From: Candidatus Aminicenantes bacterium
Lineage (GTDB): Bacteria > Acidobacteriota > Aminicenantia > Aminicenantales > JAFGBC01
NCBI GenBank assembly: GCA_963702005.1
Contig: OY969696.1
Location: 1,952,001-2,016,000, forward strand
Direction: 5' to 3'
DNA: 64,000 bases
Each line of letters opens with the position of its first letter. Position 1 is the first letter of the stretch. Shown piece after piece: positions 9,983 to 18,811 of this stretch. Both the position numbers and the translations under genes were made by a program. A model generated the notes under the pieces. That model was not told the DNA's origin. It was given only the letters and a program-made list of their open reading frames with translations, and searched no databases.

Positions 9983-12064
9983 TTAGAATTTGACCTCGGT
10001 TTGCACCTGAAAGAACTTGTAGTCCTTGTAGACGACATCCGTTTTGGACAGGGACAACCTCCTTTCCCCCGCCAGATAGGCCTCCTCCACGCTATAAGAG
10101 CTCGGAAAGCGCAGGCCGTTTTTCTCGAAGGCGTATTCGGAGGCAAAGGCTATCAGGGGCTTGGCATGGAACATCTGGGCGAACATCTCAATTTTATCAT
10201 AGTTACCCATGGAGGCCGGCGTCCATTCGATCTTCAGCACCGCCCCGTCCCGGATTCGGACCCAGGCCTTCCCGTAGAGGGATGCCTGGCTTTCTCCCTT
10301 GGGGTTGACATCGAGGACGATAGCCGGTTCACCCTCCATATCCAACTCCTTGATGACCCGATACCAATGGATTTTCTGGGATTCTTCTCCCAGAAGACCT
10401 ACGGGACCCAGGATGACGTTACTGTGCCAGAACCGTTCCGTACCGAGTTGGGCGTTCTCGATGTGTCGATGCTCGCCGTTCTCTCTCAGGAGAATCCGCG
10501 TTTCCTGGAATTGGCCTTGGCGCCGTATCAGCTGGTAATCGTAGGTCCAATGGCGATAGCGATCGCCCCCCTCATAAAACATGAGCGATTCGCGCAGGGT
10601 CGCCCCGTCAACCTTGCTAAGCAGGACCTTGGACACGCGCTCCCCGACCTCTTCGCGGCAGATGAAAAAGAGGGCGGCGCCCTGCAGGCGCCGGCAGTAA
10701 GCCGCCGCCGACCGGAGGAGGCTCTCCGGCGGGGCGGGGGCAGATCCCGACTCGGGCGAGATGATTTCGATCTTAGGCTGGGCAGCGGCGGCCGGCGCTT
10801 GGGCCAGCTGCCCGATGGGACGTTCGTTCTGATTTTCCACCGCGGCAGACGACGTCTCCTCCGTAGCCATATATCCCGCTCGATGGCTTATGCGATATCC
10901 GCCCTTTCTGACCTTAACCGCAATAGCGTGGAACTTTCCATCGGCTTGGTAGTTCTGAGGCTGGTAATACAGAAGATAATATTGTTCCGAGGCCTCCGCC
11001 GCCTTCTTCAACAGATCGGAGGGATTCGAGGAAGCGTTGGCCGTTCCGCCCGTGGCCGCGGCAATCTCCCGGAAAACGCCATAGACGTCGCCGAAACGCT
11101 CCCCCATCGCGATATTATCGATGCCGCTCTGCCTTTCGATGAATGCCGCAATGTCCTTGCGGGTCTTGGTGATGTAGAGAAAATGGACGTCCACGGAGGC
11201 GTCGGCGAAAGCTCTCTGGATCGCCTCGCGATCGACGGAAACCGCCCCCCGAGCTCTCGACATGAGCTCTTGAACCTTCAGGGACGTTTCCGAGCTCCCT
11301 TCGGTCAGGAAGGCCGCCAAGGCCCTGTTGGAGAACTGCGGAACCATCTCCCTCTGGGAAAAAAAGAAGAGGTGCTTGGCCCCGGGGAGCTTCTTGAGTT
11401 CGTCGGCGCAGACGGCCATTTTTTTCAGGTCGACCGTCTGAAAAGCCTCGAGCCTCCGAAGGTTGGCCGCGTAGGCGTCAAGGATTCTATTGAGGTCGGC
11501 ATTGTCTGCCGTTCCAGGGTCAGACACGCTTGCCAGGTTTGCGGCTAGATCACGGATGACGGAGTCATACGCTCCGCAGTCGATAAGGGTATCCTCGCGA
11601 ACCTTGGAGATGATGTCCCGCTCGATCCAGTGCCGGGCCTCTTCGCTGTCGATCGGACCCGCCAGCCGGTAGGTTTTTCTCGGCGTGACGATGTCGACGT
11701 CGTCCCCGCCGCGGAAGACCTCGTCGAAAAACAGCCGCAGAGCGTCGCCCAACTCGTGCAGATACTCGAACGTTTGAAATACCAAGACGAAGTGGCGGCG
11801 GGTCACCGGCGCGACGGATGCCAGCGGCCCCTCTCGGCGCCGGATGTCGCCGCTGCGGACAAGATAGGCGGCCAGGACGGGCTGCGGCTTGCCGTCTTCG
11901 GCTATTTCAAAGTCCTCGAGCTTCAAGGAATCGATGAACCGGCCTCCGTCAAAAACTCGCACCGGGACGGCGATGTTGACGACGGACACGTCATGGGTCG
12001 CTTGAGAAAAAGCCAGCGGGACCCCGAAGAGTGCGGTGATGATCCCCACCGATCCCTTTCTCAT
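9983..12064 (-). CDS. VWA-domain protein (Acidobacterial type) with C-terminal beta-rich domain
   Basis: Signal peptide; VPVRV.D...L..EDFEI.EDGKPQ; IAAATGG; YYLLYYQP...DGKFHAIAVKV...HRAGY. Confidence 0.8.
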   Translation of the reverse strand: MRKGSVGIITALFGVPLAFSQATHDVSVVNIAVPVRVFDGGRFIDSLKLEDFEIAEDGKPQPVLAAYLVRSGDIRRREGPLASVAPVTRRHFVLVFQTFEYLHELGDALRLFFDEVFRGGDDVDIVTPRKTYRLAGPIDSEEARHWIERDIISKVREDTLIDCGAYDSVIRDLAANLASVSDPGTADNADLNRILDAYAANLRRLEAFQTVDLKKMAVCADELKKLPGAKHLFFFSQREMVPQFSNRALAAFLTEGSSETSLKVQELMSRARGAVSVDREAIQRAFADASVDVHFLYITKTRKDIAAFIERQSGIDNIAMGERFGDVYGVFREIAAATGGTANASSNPSDLLKKAAEASEQYYLLYYQPQNYQADGKFHAIAVKVRKGGYRISHRAGYMATEETSSAAVENQNERPIGQLAQAPAAAAQPKIEIISPESGSAPAPPESLLRSAAAYCRRLQGAALFFICREEVGERVSKVLLSKVDGATLRESLMFYEGGDRYRHWTYDYQLIRRQGQFQETRILLRENGEHRHIENAQLGTERFWHSNVILGPVGLLGEESQKIHWYRVIKELDMEGEPAIVLDVNPKGESQASLYGKAWVRIRDGAVLKIEWTPASMGNYDKIEMFAQMFHAKPLIAFASEYAFEKNGLRFPSSYSVEEAYLAGERRLSLSKTDVVYKDYKFFQVQTEVKF

Positions 12065-12090
12065 TCGACTATCTTCTTATCCCCATTTTA

Positions 12091-12119
12091 AGGATAGGCA
12101 ACCTGCGACGGCGTGTCAA
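12091..12119 (-). promoter_or_regulatory. Sigma70-like promoter of the VWA gene
   Basis: TTGACA-17 nt-TATCCT. Confidence 0.65.
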
Positions 12120-12232
12120 GGAGAGGAGGGACCTGCGAAGCGTGATGAGGTGTTTAAGCGCGATGGCCAATCAAAAAGAAAAAGACATGGGAATTTTCCG
12201 GTCGCGTATTACGCGATCAGCACACGGGAACA

Positions 12233-12331
12233 GTCAAATCATCGACACTCATGGAAGCCATGAGTACTGCAAGGCTGGGCTCCGATTTTTAGCCCCGCCT
12301 TCTAGGGCGGGGTGGCGTCGGCGAACGGGTC
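12233..12331 (-). repeat. Hairpin element copy C (mosaic of the A/B and D types)
   Basis: Shares GTCAAATCATCGAC and GGCGTCGGCGAACGGGTC ends with B, and the CAGCCTTGCAG linker plus ACTCATG hairpin with D. Confidence 0.75.
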
Positions 12332-12379
12332 TAGAAGGGCGCGGGAGCGCGAACTCAGCGCCCGCGCTCCCGCCGGCAT

Positions 12380-13861
12380 CTACAGCTCCTTGACGAAGAT
12401 ATTCTTGAAATAGACGGGTGATTCGCTGTCGTGGTTCTGGAGGCCGATGTAGCCTTCGAGGGCGAAGTCCTTGATCTTGCCGCGCGGCTCCTGGTCCCAG
12501 TTGACGATGAGTTTTCCGTTGAGCTCGATCTGGATGTTCTTGCCGCGGCAGGTGATCTTCATGTGGTTCCATTCGCCGGTGGGCAGGGAGGCGTCCGCGC
12601 TAGGCGCTTCGGCGTCGTAGATCGCGCCCGTTTTATGGATGTCCTCGCCCGCGTCGTAGATCTGGACTTCGAAGGAGTGGTAGATGTAATCGTCGCTGGT
12701 CGGGACTTCCGGGACGCGATAGAAGATTCCCGAGTTGGTCGTCTTCTGGGAGCACTTGAAATCGACCTCGAGGACGAAGTCCCTGAACTTCCGCTTGGCG
12801 AACCAGAGGAGTCCCATCCCGCCCTGGGATTTGAGGACCCCCGTCTTGGGGTCGAGCTCGAAATAGCCGGGCCCGTAGTGGTTCCAGCCGTGCTTTTCGT
12901 AATAGCCCCAATCCTTCCGGATCAGCTGTTCGTACCCCAGATAATAAGTTACGCTCCGGACGTAGTCGATGCTCTTCTTGATGGCCGGGATCGGGTCCTT
13001 GACCTCTTTCTCGTTCTCGTACTCGATCGTCAGGAAGCCGTTGTAGTCCTGGAGGGTGAGCTCGGCCAGGATGTCGCGGATGCCGCCCTTGCCCGCGCCC
13101 CAGGGGACGTCATCGACCTTTTTCGTCCCGAACCCGCTCCGGTCCTTGAGGTGGGCGTCCCGGATGCGGCCGTCGAGGAGCCGCAGACATTCGAGGGGAT
13201 TGAGGCCCAGCCTCATCCAGTGTCCCGTGTCCGCGCAGGAGCCGATGCGCTCGCTCCGGTTCTGGACATGCTCGAGCACGGTCATCGGGTGGGCGTACTT
13301 CGCGGGGAGGGGATGGTTGTGGATGGCGATCCCCAGGTTGTACTCGTCGATGAGCTTTTCGAGGAGCGTGAAGTCGTCGTCCTGGGGCTCGCAGACGACG
13401 GTTTGGATGCCCATCTTGCGGGCGAAGTCGAAGATCTTGCGCATGCTGGCCTCGGTCGTCCCGATGTCGCAGACGCCGTAGGCGACGACCTTGATCCCGT
13501 CCGCCTCGAGCGCGGCCTGAACAGCCTTCATCTGGTCTTCGCTCATGGTTTCATCGAAGACGGCGCTCTTGGGGAAGGGTCCGCCCAAGGGCTGGCCGGG
13601 ATAAGCCTGAAGATATTTGATACCGAGCTCTTTGACCTTAAGCAGCGTGTCGAAGAAGGTGAAGGCCCGGAACGTCCAGCACTCCATGGAAATCGGGAAT
13701 TCCTTGATACGGACCGAGGCGTAGTCCGTGGATTTGACGGCCTGGACGACCTCGGCCGGAATCGGCTTGACCGGCGGAGCGGCCGCTTTTTGAGCGGCCG
13801 ATACGAGCAGCGGGCTCAGGCTCAGTGCGGCTAGGATTGCAACGATCAAAATTTTTTTCAT
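12380..13861 (-). CDS. Secreted fusion of a sugar-phosphate isomerase/epimerase TIM barrel and DUF1080 (3-keto-glycoside hydratase-like)
   Basis: Start MKKILIVAIL; IAIHNH, CADTGHW, HLKD, TIEYE; then NSGIFYR, EVQIYD, GEWN and GYIGLQNH. Confidence 0.85.
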   Translation of the reverse strand: MKKILIVAILAALSLSPLLVSAAQKAAAPPVKPIPAEVVQAVKSTDYASVRIKEFPISMECWTFRAFTFFDTLLKVKELGIKYLQAYPGQPLGGPFPKSAVFDETMSEDQMKAVQAALEADGIKVVAYGVCDIGTTEASMRKIFDFARKMGIQTVVCEPQDDDFTLLEKLIDEYNLGIAIHNHPLPAKYAHPMTVLEHVQNRSERIGSCADTGHWMRLGLNPLECLRLLDGRIRDAHLKDRSGFGTKKVDDVPWGAGKGGIRDILAELTLQDYNGFLTIEYENEKEVKDPIPAIKKSIDYVRSVTYYLGYEQLIRKDWGYYEKHGWNHYGPGYFELDPKTGVLKSQGGMGLLWFAKRKFRDFVLEVDFKCSQKTTNSGIFYRVPEVPTSDDYIYHSFEVQIYDAGEDIHKTGAIYDAEAPSADASLPTGEWNHMKITCRGKNIQIELNGKLIVNWDQEPRGKIKDFALEGYIGLQNHDSESPVYFKNIFVKEL

Positions 13862-13872
13862 GATGTCTCCTC

Positions 13873-15123
13873 TCATTTTTTCCTGGGATTCCAGGCGCCC
13901 CGGGCGACCGCGGGGATGAAGGTTTCCAGCCCCGGCGGCGGGAAGGGCACGGTCCTGCCCTCCTCGGCGCTCTGGTAGGCGGTCATCAGGAGCTCCGTGA
14001 CGTTGAGGCCGTCCGAGAAATTTTCCTCGGGCCGCGCGCCCTTGAGGAAGCTTTGGACCATGTGGCGGTTTTCGGCGATGTAGCCGTATTCGGTCGCCTC
14101 GTCGGCCACGACCGGCATCAGGCCGATCTCGGCGTTTTGTTTTTCGACCAGGTCCTCGCCGGCCTTGCCCTGGACCCGGCGGCTGAAGAAGACCTTGAGG
14201 CCCGCGTCGAGGCTGTTGATCTGGAGGGCGTACTCGGGGCCGAGCAGCTCCATGCTCAGCCGCAGCCCGGCGCCGACGTAGCACCAGGAGGTCGTCGTCT
14301 CGACGATATAGACCTTGCCTTTCTTGTCTTTGTACTCGACGAGCGACCGGGCGAAGTCCTCGGCGGGACGCTTGAGGTAGTCCGTCTTTCCCTTCGAGTT
14401 CTTGCTCAGGATCTTGGCATAGGCGGGAGTCTGCCACTTCAGGCAGTTGATATAGGCCGTGACGCTGGTCGGGATAAGCGTCTCGCGCGGGGCGCCGGGC
14501 GGGGTCAGCATGAAACGGGCTTCCTCGACCGAATGGCACATCATGTCGTTGAGGACGCCGCCCCCCTGGAGAGTTCCTTCCCAGAACCAGGGCATATGGG
14601 GGCCGCTGTGCTCCTCGGCGGCCCGGGCCAGATAGGGAGGTCCGGCGATGGCCGCTCCCCGGGCCCAGACGATTTCCTTCCCCCTGGTCACGGCCGGAGC
14701 GAAGACCTGGTTCTCTAGATAGCCGTCGAAAAGGCCGGCCTTGCGGACCAGCTCGAGCATCTTGCGGGCCTCGGCGACGTTCCGGCCCAGCGGCTTCTCG
14801 CAGGTCAGGCCGATGAGGTCGGCCTTGCCCGTCCCGACGGCTTGGGCGATTTCTTCCATGACCGCGACGCGCGTGTAATTGGGGGCGCAGATCCAGAGCG
14901 CGTCGATAGCCGGGTCGGCGGCCATTTCGGTGATGGTTTTGTAGGATTTGGCCTCCCCGACGCCTAGCGACTTGACCAGGGCGCAGGCCTCCTCCGCCCG
15001 CTTCCGGTCCGGGTCGTGGATCCCCATAATGTCGGCGTTCCGGACGCCGACCCAGGAGCGGATGTGGAAGCGGGCTATGAATCCGCCGCCGATGATTCCG
15101 ATGCCGAGGTTTTTCTTTTTCAT
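13873..15123 (-). CDS. Gfo/Idh/MocA family oxidoreductase
   Basis: GIIGGGFIA Rossmann motif, CEKPL, GGGVLNDMMCH. Confidence 0.9.
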   Translation of the reverse strand: MKKKNLGIGIIGGGFIARFHIRSWVGVRNADIMGIHDPDRKRAEEACALVKSLGVGEAKSYKTITEMAADPAIDALWICAPNYTRVAVMEEIAQAVGTGKADLIGLTCEKPLGRNVAEARKMLELVRKAGLFDGYLENQVFAPAVTRGKEIVWARGAAIAGPPYLARAAEEHSGPHMPWFWEGTLQGGGVLNDMMCHSVEEARFMLTPPGAPRETLIPTSVTAYINCLKWQTPAYAKILSKNSKGKTDYLKRPAEDFARSLVEYKDKKGKVYIVETTTSWCYVGAGLRLSMELLGPEYALQINSLDAGLKVFFSRRVQGKAGEDLVEKQNAEIGLMPVVADEATEYGYIAENRHMVQSFLKGARPEENFSDGLNVTELLMTAYQSAEEGRTVPFPPPGLETFIPAVARGAWNPRKK

Positions 15124-15151
15124 CGAATTCTCCTCAGGAGGGCCGAGAGCG

Positions 15152-16390
15152 CTAAGCGGCCGCCGGACTCTTCATTTTTTCGCGGAAGAAGGCCAGGAAG
15201 ACGATGAGGCAGAACAGGGTTAGGGCCGTCGGGACCAGGAAGGTCCCGCGCCAGTTGACGGCCTTGACGGCCTCGCCGGCGGCGTTGACGGTCTCGCTCG
15301 TGAACATATTCTGGATCCAGCCGCAGAACAGGCTCCCCACGAAGTTTCCGAAGCCCAGGATGATGATGGCGATCAGGCTCTGGGCCGAGTGGCGGATGTC
15401 CTTGGGGGCTATGCTATCGACGTAGATGTAGGCCGCCGTGAAGAAGAAGACGTAACAGAAGCCGTGGAGGGAGAGCGAGGCGATGACCAGCCAGGAGGGC
15501 GTCCCGATCATGAAGATGATGTAGCGGATTGGCCAGGCCAGAATGCCCAAGGTCAAAGTCCGGCGCATCCCGAATTTCTGGAGGGCCCAGGAGAGCATGA
15601 AGGCCATGACGAAGATCTCGGCGATCTGGGCGATCGTCATCACGGCCGAGACGTATTTCTGACTGACCCCGATCGCGGCCGAGGTCAGGAAGGGCGAGGT
15701 CAGGACGTAGTAGAACTGGAGCTCGGTGGCCACGACGAAGGAGATGATGCAGAAGATGAGGAAATTGCGGTTCTTGAACATCTTGAGCGCTTCCAGGAAA
15801 GCCCAGGGCTTGGTCCCTTCTTTCTTGGGCGGGGTGTGGGGGAGGCCGAAGGAGAGGAGCCCCATCAGGAGCGAGAAGATTCCGGCCAGGAGGAGCGTGT
15901 CGCCCTTCACGGCGATGCCTTCGGGCGATTTGGCCAAAGCCCGCCAGCCGGCCAGGGCCCAGCCGGCCGCGATCCAGCCGATCGTCCCCCAGACCCGGAT
16001 CGCGCCGAACTCCTTCTCGGAGCTCTTGAGGTTGACGAAGGCGATCGAGTTGGTCAGGGCCAGGGTCGGCGCGTAGACCAGGCAATAGAAGAGCATGAGC
16101 CACATCATCGGCGTGAAGGCCGTGATGTTGGCGATCAGGATCAGGATGACGCCGCCTAACAGCTGAAGGACGGCAATGACCTTCTGGGACGGGAAATAGC
16201 GGTCGGCGAACTGTCCGCCCACGAAGGGCGAGATGATCGTGGCCAGGGGGAGCAAGCTGAAAATGATCCCCAACTGGACGCCGCTGAACCCCAGGTTGTT
16301 CTGGAGATAGGCGGACAGGACGGGCGCCCAGGACCCCCAGATGGCGTATTGGAGGAACATCATCAGGCCGAGACGGAATTTAACGCTCAT
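15152..16390 (-). CDS. MFS transporter, nucleoside:H+ symporter (NupG/YegT) family
   Basis: MMFLQYAIWGSW, IRVWGTIGWI, LPHTPP, QIAEI; about 12 hydrophobic segments. Confidence 0.9.
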   Translation of the reverse strand: MSVKFRLGLMMFLQYAIWGSWAPVLSAYLQNNLGFSGVQLGIIFSLLPLATIISPFVGGQFADRYFPSQKVIAVLQLLGGVILILIANITAFTPMMWLMLFYCLVYAPTLALTNSIAFVNLKSSEKEFGAIRVWGTIGWIAAGWALAGWRALAKSPEGIAVKGDTLLLAGIFSLLMGLLSFGLPHTPPKKEGTKPWAFLEALKMFKNRNFLIFCIISFVVATELQFYYVLTSPFLTSAAIGVSQKYVSAVMTIAQIAEIFVMAFMLSWALQKFGMRRTLTLGILAWPIRYIIFMIGTPSWLVIASLSLHGFCYVFFFTAAYIYVDSIAPKDIRHSAQSLIAIIILGFGNFVGSLFCGWIQNMFTSETVNAAGEAVKAVNWRGTFLVPTALTLFCLIVFLAFFREKMKSPAAA

Positions 16391-16453
16391 CGAGTTCCCT
16401 CCTTTGATTTAGGCGATGTCATGGTGACGGCCGCCCGAGAAGCGGCGAAGCCA

Positions 16454-16482
16454 AAAATATAAGATTCCAGATTCTTTGTCAA
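16454..16482 (-). promoter_or_regulatory. Sigma70-like promoter of the MFS-Gfo-DUF1080 operon
   Basis: TTGACA-17 nt-TATTTT. Confidence 0.55.
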
Positions 16483-16594
16483 CCGCTCGATTCGCGGTTC
16501 TCGGATCAGCTCCTTCTTATCGTTTTCCCCAAGTTCCTATATATAATATAGATTGTTTCTCCGAGAGAGCGGATCGACCCAACAGGAGGATGGC

Positions 16595-17026
16595 ATGGAC
16601 AAGATCTCGGTCCTGTTTTTGTGCGTCCACAATTCGGCCAGGAGCCAGATGGCCGAGGCGCTCCTTAAAGAAATGGGCGGGGATCGTTTTGAGGTCTCTA
16701 GCGCCGGCCTCGAGCCGGGTGAACTCAATCCGCTGGCCGTCCGTGCCATGGCCGAGATCGGAATCGATATCTCAAAGAATAAAACAAAGAGCGTCCTCGA
16801 CTTCGTCAGGGAAGGCCGCCTCTTTCAGCACGTCATCACCGTCTGTAATGCCGAGGAGAACGAACGCTGCCCAATATTCCCGTCTATCAGCCGAAAACAG
16901 CACTGGAATTTGCCCGACCCCGCCTCGTTTCAGGGGAGCGATAACGAAAAGCTCGAAAAAACCCGGTCTGTCCGGGACGACCTTCGACGCCGGATTGAAC
17001 GCTGGCTCGAGGAGCCTTCAGATTAA
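16595..17026 (+). CDS. arsC: Arsenate reductase, thioredoxin-type (LMW-PTP fold)
   Basis: [16 protein letters not shown]-loop, ITVC...CP resolving cysteines, HW.LPDP. Confidence 0.8.
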   Translation: MDKISVLFLCVHNSARSQMAEALLKEMGGDRFEVSSAGLEPGELNPLAVRAMAEIGIDISKNKTKSVLDFVREGRLFQHVITVCNAEENERCPIFPSISRKQHWNLPDPASFQGSDNEKLEKTRSVRDDLRRRIERWLEEPSD

Positions 17027-17134
17027 AGCCTGAAAAGCGGCCGGGAGAAGGGATTTCGCTTGATCAAAGGGCTGTATTTACCTATAATCTTATGCCGTTA
17101 TCGTGGAAGCAGTCTCGGGCTGGCGGATTTATCA

Positions 17135-18424
17135 ATGACCTTGGACAGCCGAACCGTTGTTCTGACGACCTCCCTCGTCAACATCGCCCCCGCTCTCGTC
17201 TTCTACTTTCTCCATCGGAGGGTCAAGGGTAAAATCAAGGGCGCCTTCCTCTGGTTTGTCAGCTACTCGCTCCTCCTGGCCGGGTCCGCCCTTGTCGCCC
17301 TGCGCGGGGCCATCCCCGACCTGATTTCGATCCTGTTATCCAACGTCATTTTCTTTGTCGCCTTCTTCCTGCTGTATGCCGGCTTGGCGCAGTTTCTCGG
17401 CCTCCGCCCCTGGTTCCGGGTCGGGATTTCGATCGTGTCGGTCGCCGTAATCCTTATCGGCGTGTTTACCGTATCCGTCCCGAGCGTCAAGTCCCGAATT
17501 TTCGTCTATAGCGCCGCGGCTCTCATGACGAGCCTCATCAACGCCTATCTTCTTTTATCGCGCGCCCCTCTCCCTTTGCGGGTCAGCGCTCGGCTGGCCG
17601 CGTTTATGAACTTGGGTCAAGCGCTGGTCCAGGCCTACCGCATTCTGATCGTGGTTCCGGCGAATAGAGGCAACGATTTATTCCAGCTGTCGACTCCGGA
17701 AACCCTATATCTGGTGATGAGCTTGGTATTTGTTATCGGCCTGAGCCTTTCTTTTCTTCAACTTGTCAACGCGCGCCTAGTCGTCGACCTGGAAAGCTCG
17801 CTGTCCCTCCAGAAAACGCTCCTGAACGAAGTCCGCCACCGGACAAAAAACAACCTGGTTCTGGTCGACAGCATCATGGGTCTCCAGCTCAGGGCCATCA
17901 AGGAATCTTCGGCCCGGGCGTTATTAGACACCCTCAGAAATAGGGTCCGGGCCATCGGGCTCGTCCATGATCGCCTGGATGAAGGGGGCGCCGGCCAAAT
18001 CATCCGGGCCGATAATTATATCAGCGCCGTCGTCGAGGGATTTCGGACTTCTCTGATTCCGAAGGGTACGCGGGTCAAGATTAAAACCGACATAGAGCCG
18101 TTGGAGCTGGAAACCGAGACCGCAATCCCCCTCGGCCTGATCGTTAACGAGCTGCTTACCAACGCCTTGAAACACGCTTTTTCCAACGGCCGCAGAGGGG
18201 AGATTCGGGTAAGTCTCAGTACCGAGGCGGGAGGCTTTCGGTTGGCGGTCCGGGACAATGGGAAAGGGCTGGGCGGAAAAAACGCCGACGGCCTGGGCAT
18301 GACGATCGTTCATGCCTTGGCCGAGCAGCTCGGCGGCTCGCTGACCATTGAGGGCTCGTCGGGAACCTCGGTGGAGCTGGCATTTGAAATCCCGGCCTGC
18401 GAATCCGGCCGCCGTCCTTCGTAA
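17135..18424 (+). CDS. Membrane sensor histidine kinase (HisKA_2/HWE-like)
   Basis: About 7 TM helices; EVRHRTKNNL H-box; NELLTNALKH; VRDNGKG; GLG. Confidence 0.85.
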   Translation: MTLDSRTVVLTTSLVNIAPALVFYFLHRRVKGKIKGAFLWFVSYSLLLAGSALVALRGAIPDLISILLSNVIFFVAFFLLYAGLAQFLGLRPWFRVGISIVSVAVILIGVFTVSVPSVKSRIFVYSAAALMTSLINAYLLLSRAPLPLRVSARLAAFMNLGQALVQAYRILIVVPANRGNDLFQLSTPETLYLVMSLVFVIGLSLSFLQLVNARLVVDLESSLSLQKTLLNEVRHRTKNNLVLVDSIMGLQLRAIKESSARALLDTLRNRVRAIGLVHDRLDEGGAGQIIRADNYISAVVEGFRTSLIPKGTRVKIKTDIEPLELETETAIPLGLIVNELLTNALKHAFSNGRRGEIRVSLSTEAGGFRLAVRDNGKGLGGKNADGLGMTIVHALAEQLGGSLTIEGSSGTSVELAFEIPACESGRRPS

Positions 18425-18569
18425 CCGCGACTGCCCCCCTTGTATGGCCTTGGACCTCAGAGCCTTAATCTCTACTTATTTTATAGGGATTAGGAACCTT
18501 TTGCCTCGACCTTACGTCTTTATATATGAAAGGACATTTACGAGAAAGCAACAGATAGAGGAGAATATC

Positions 18570-18734
18570 ATGAAATTAAGAACAAAACTGGCCATATTCG
18601 TGGTTGCCGCGTTTCTGACGTTGACGGGCTTAAACCTGATCGCCAACGCCTTTTCGAATAAGGGCGTTTTCTCGGCACATAATCCGGAAACGTCGATCAC
18701 GGTTTGGGTCACGAGCGTTAGGGTCCTGACCTGA
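18570..18734 (+). CDS. Small hypothetical exported peptide (54 aa)
   Basis: GAGGAG RBS; MKLRTKLAIFVVAAFLTLTG signal-like N-terminus. Confidence 0.4.
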   Translation: MKLRTKLAIFVVAAFLTLTGLNLIANAFSNKGVFSAHNPETSITVWVTSVRVLT

Positions 18735-18811
18735 CGCGTGAAAACCTCATCGATCGGCCTGCCGCAAAGTACTGGCTGATGAAATGACCCAGATTCTAGA
18801 GAAATTGCGCA

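Noticed and set aside
13862-14539. N-terminal extension of the 719-aa ORF 12380-14539
   Set aside because: Overlaps the Gfo/Idh/MocA gene in another frame; the RBS and signal peptide indicate a start at 13861
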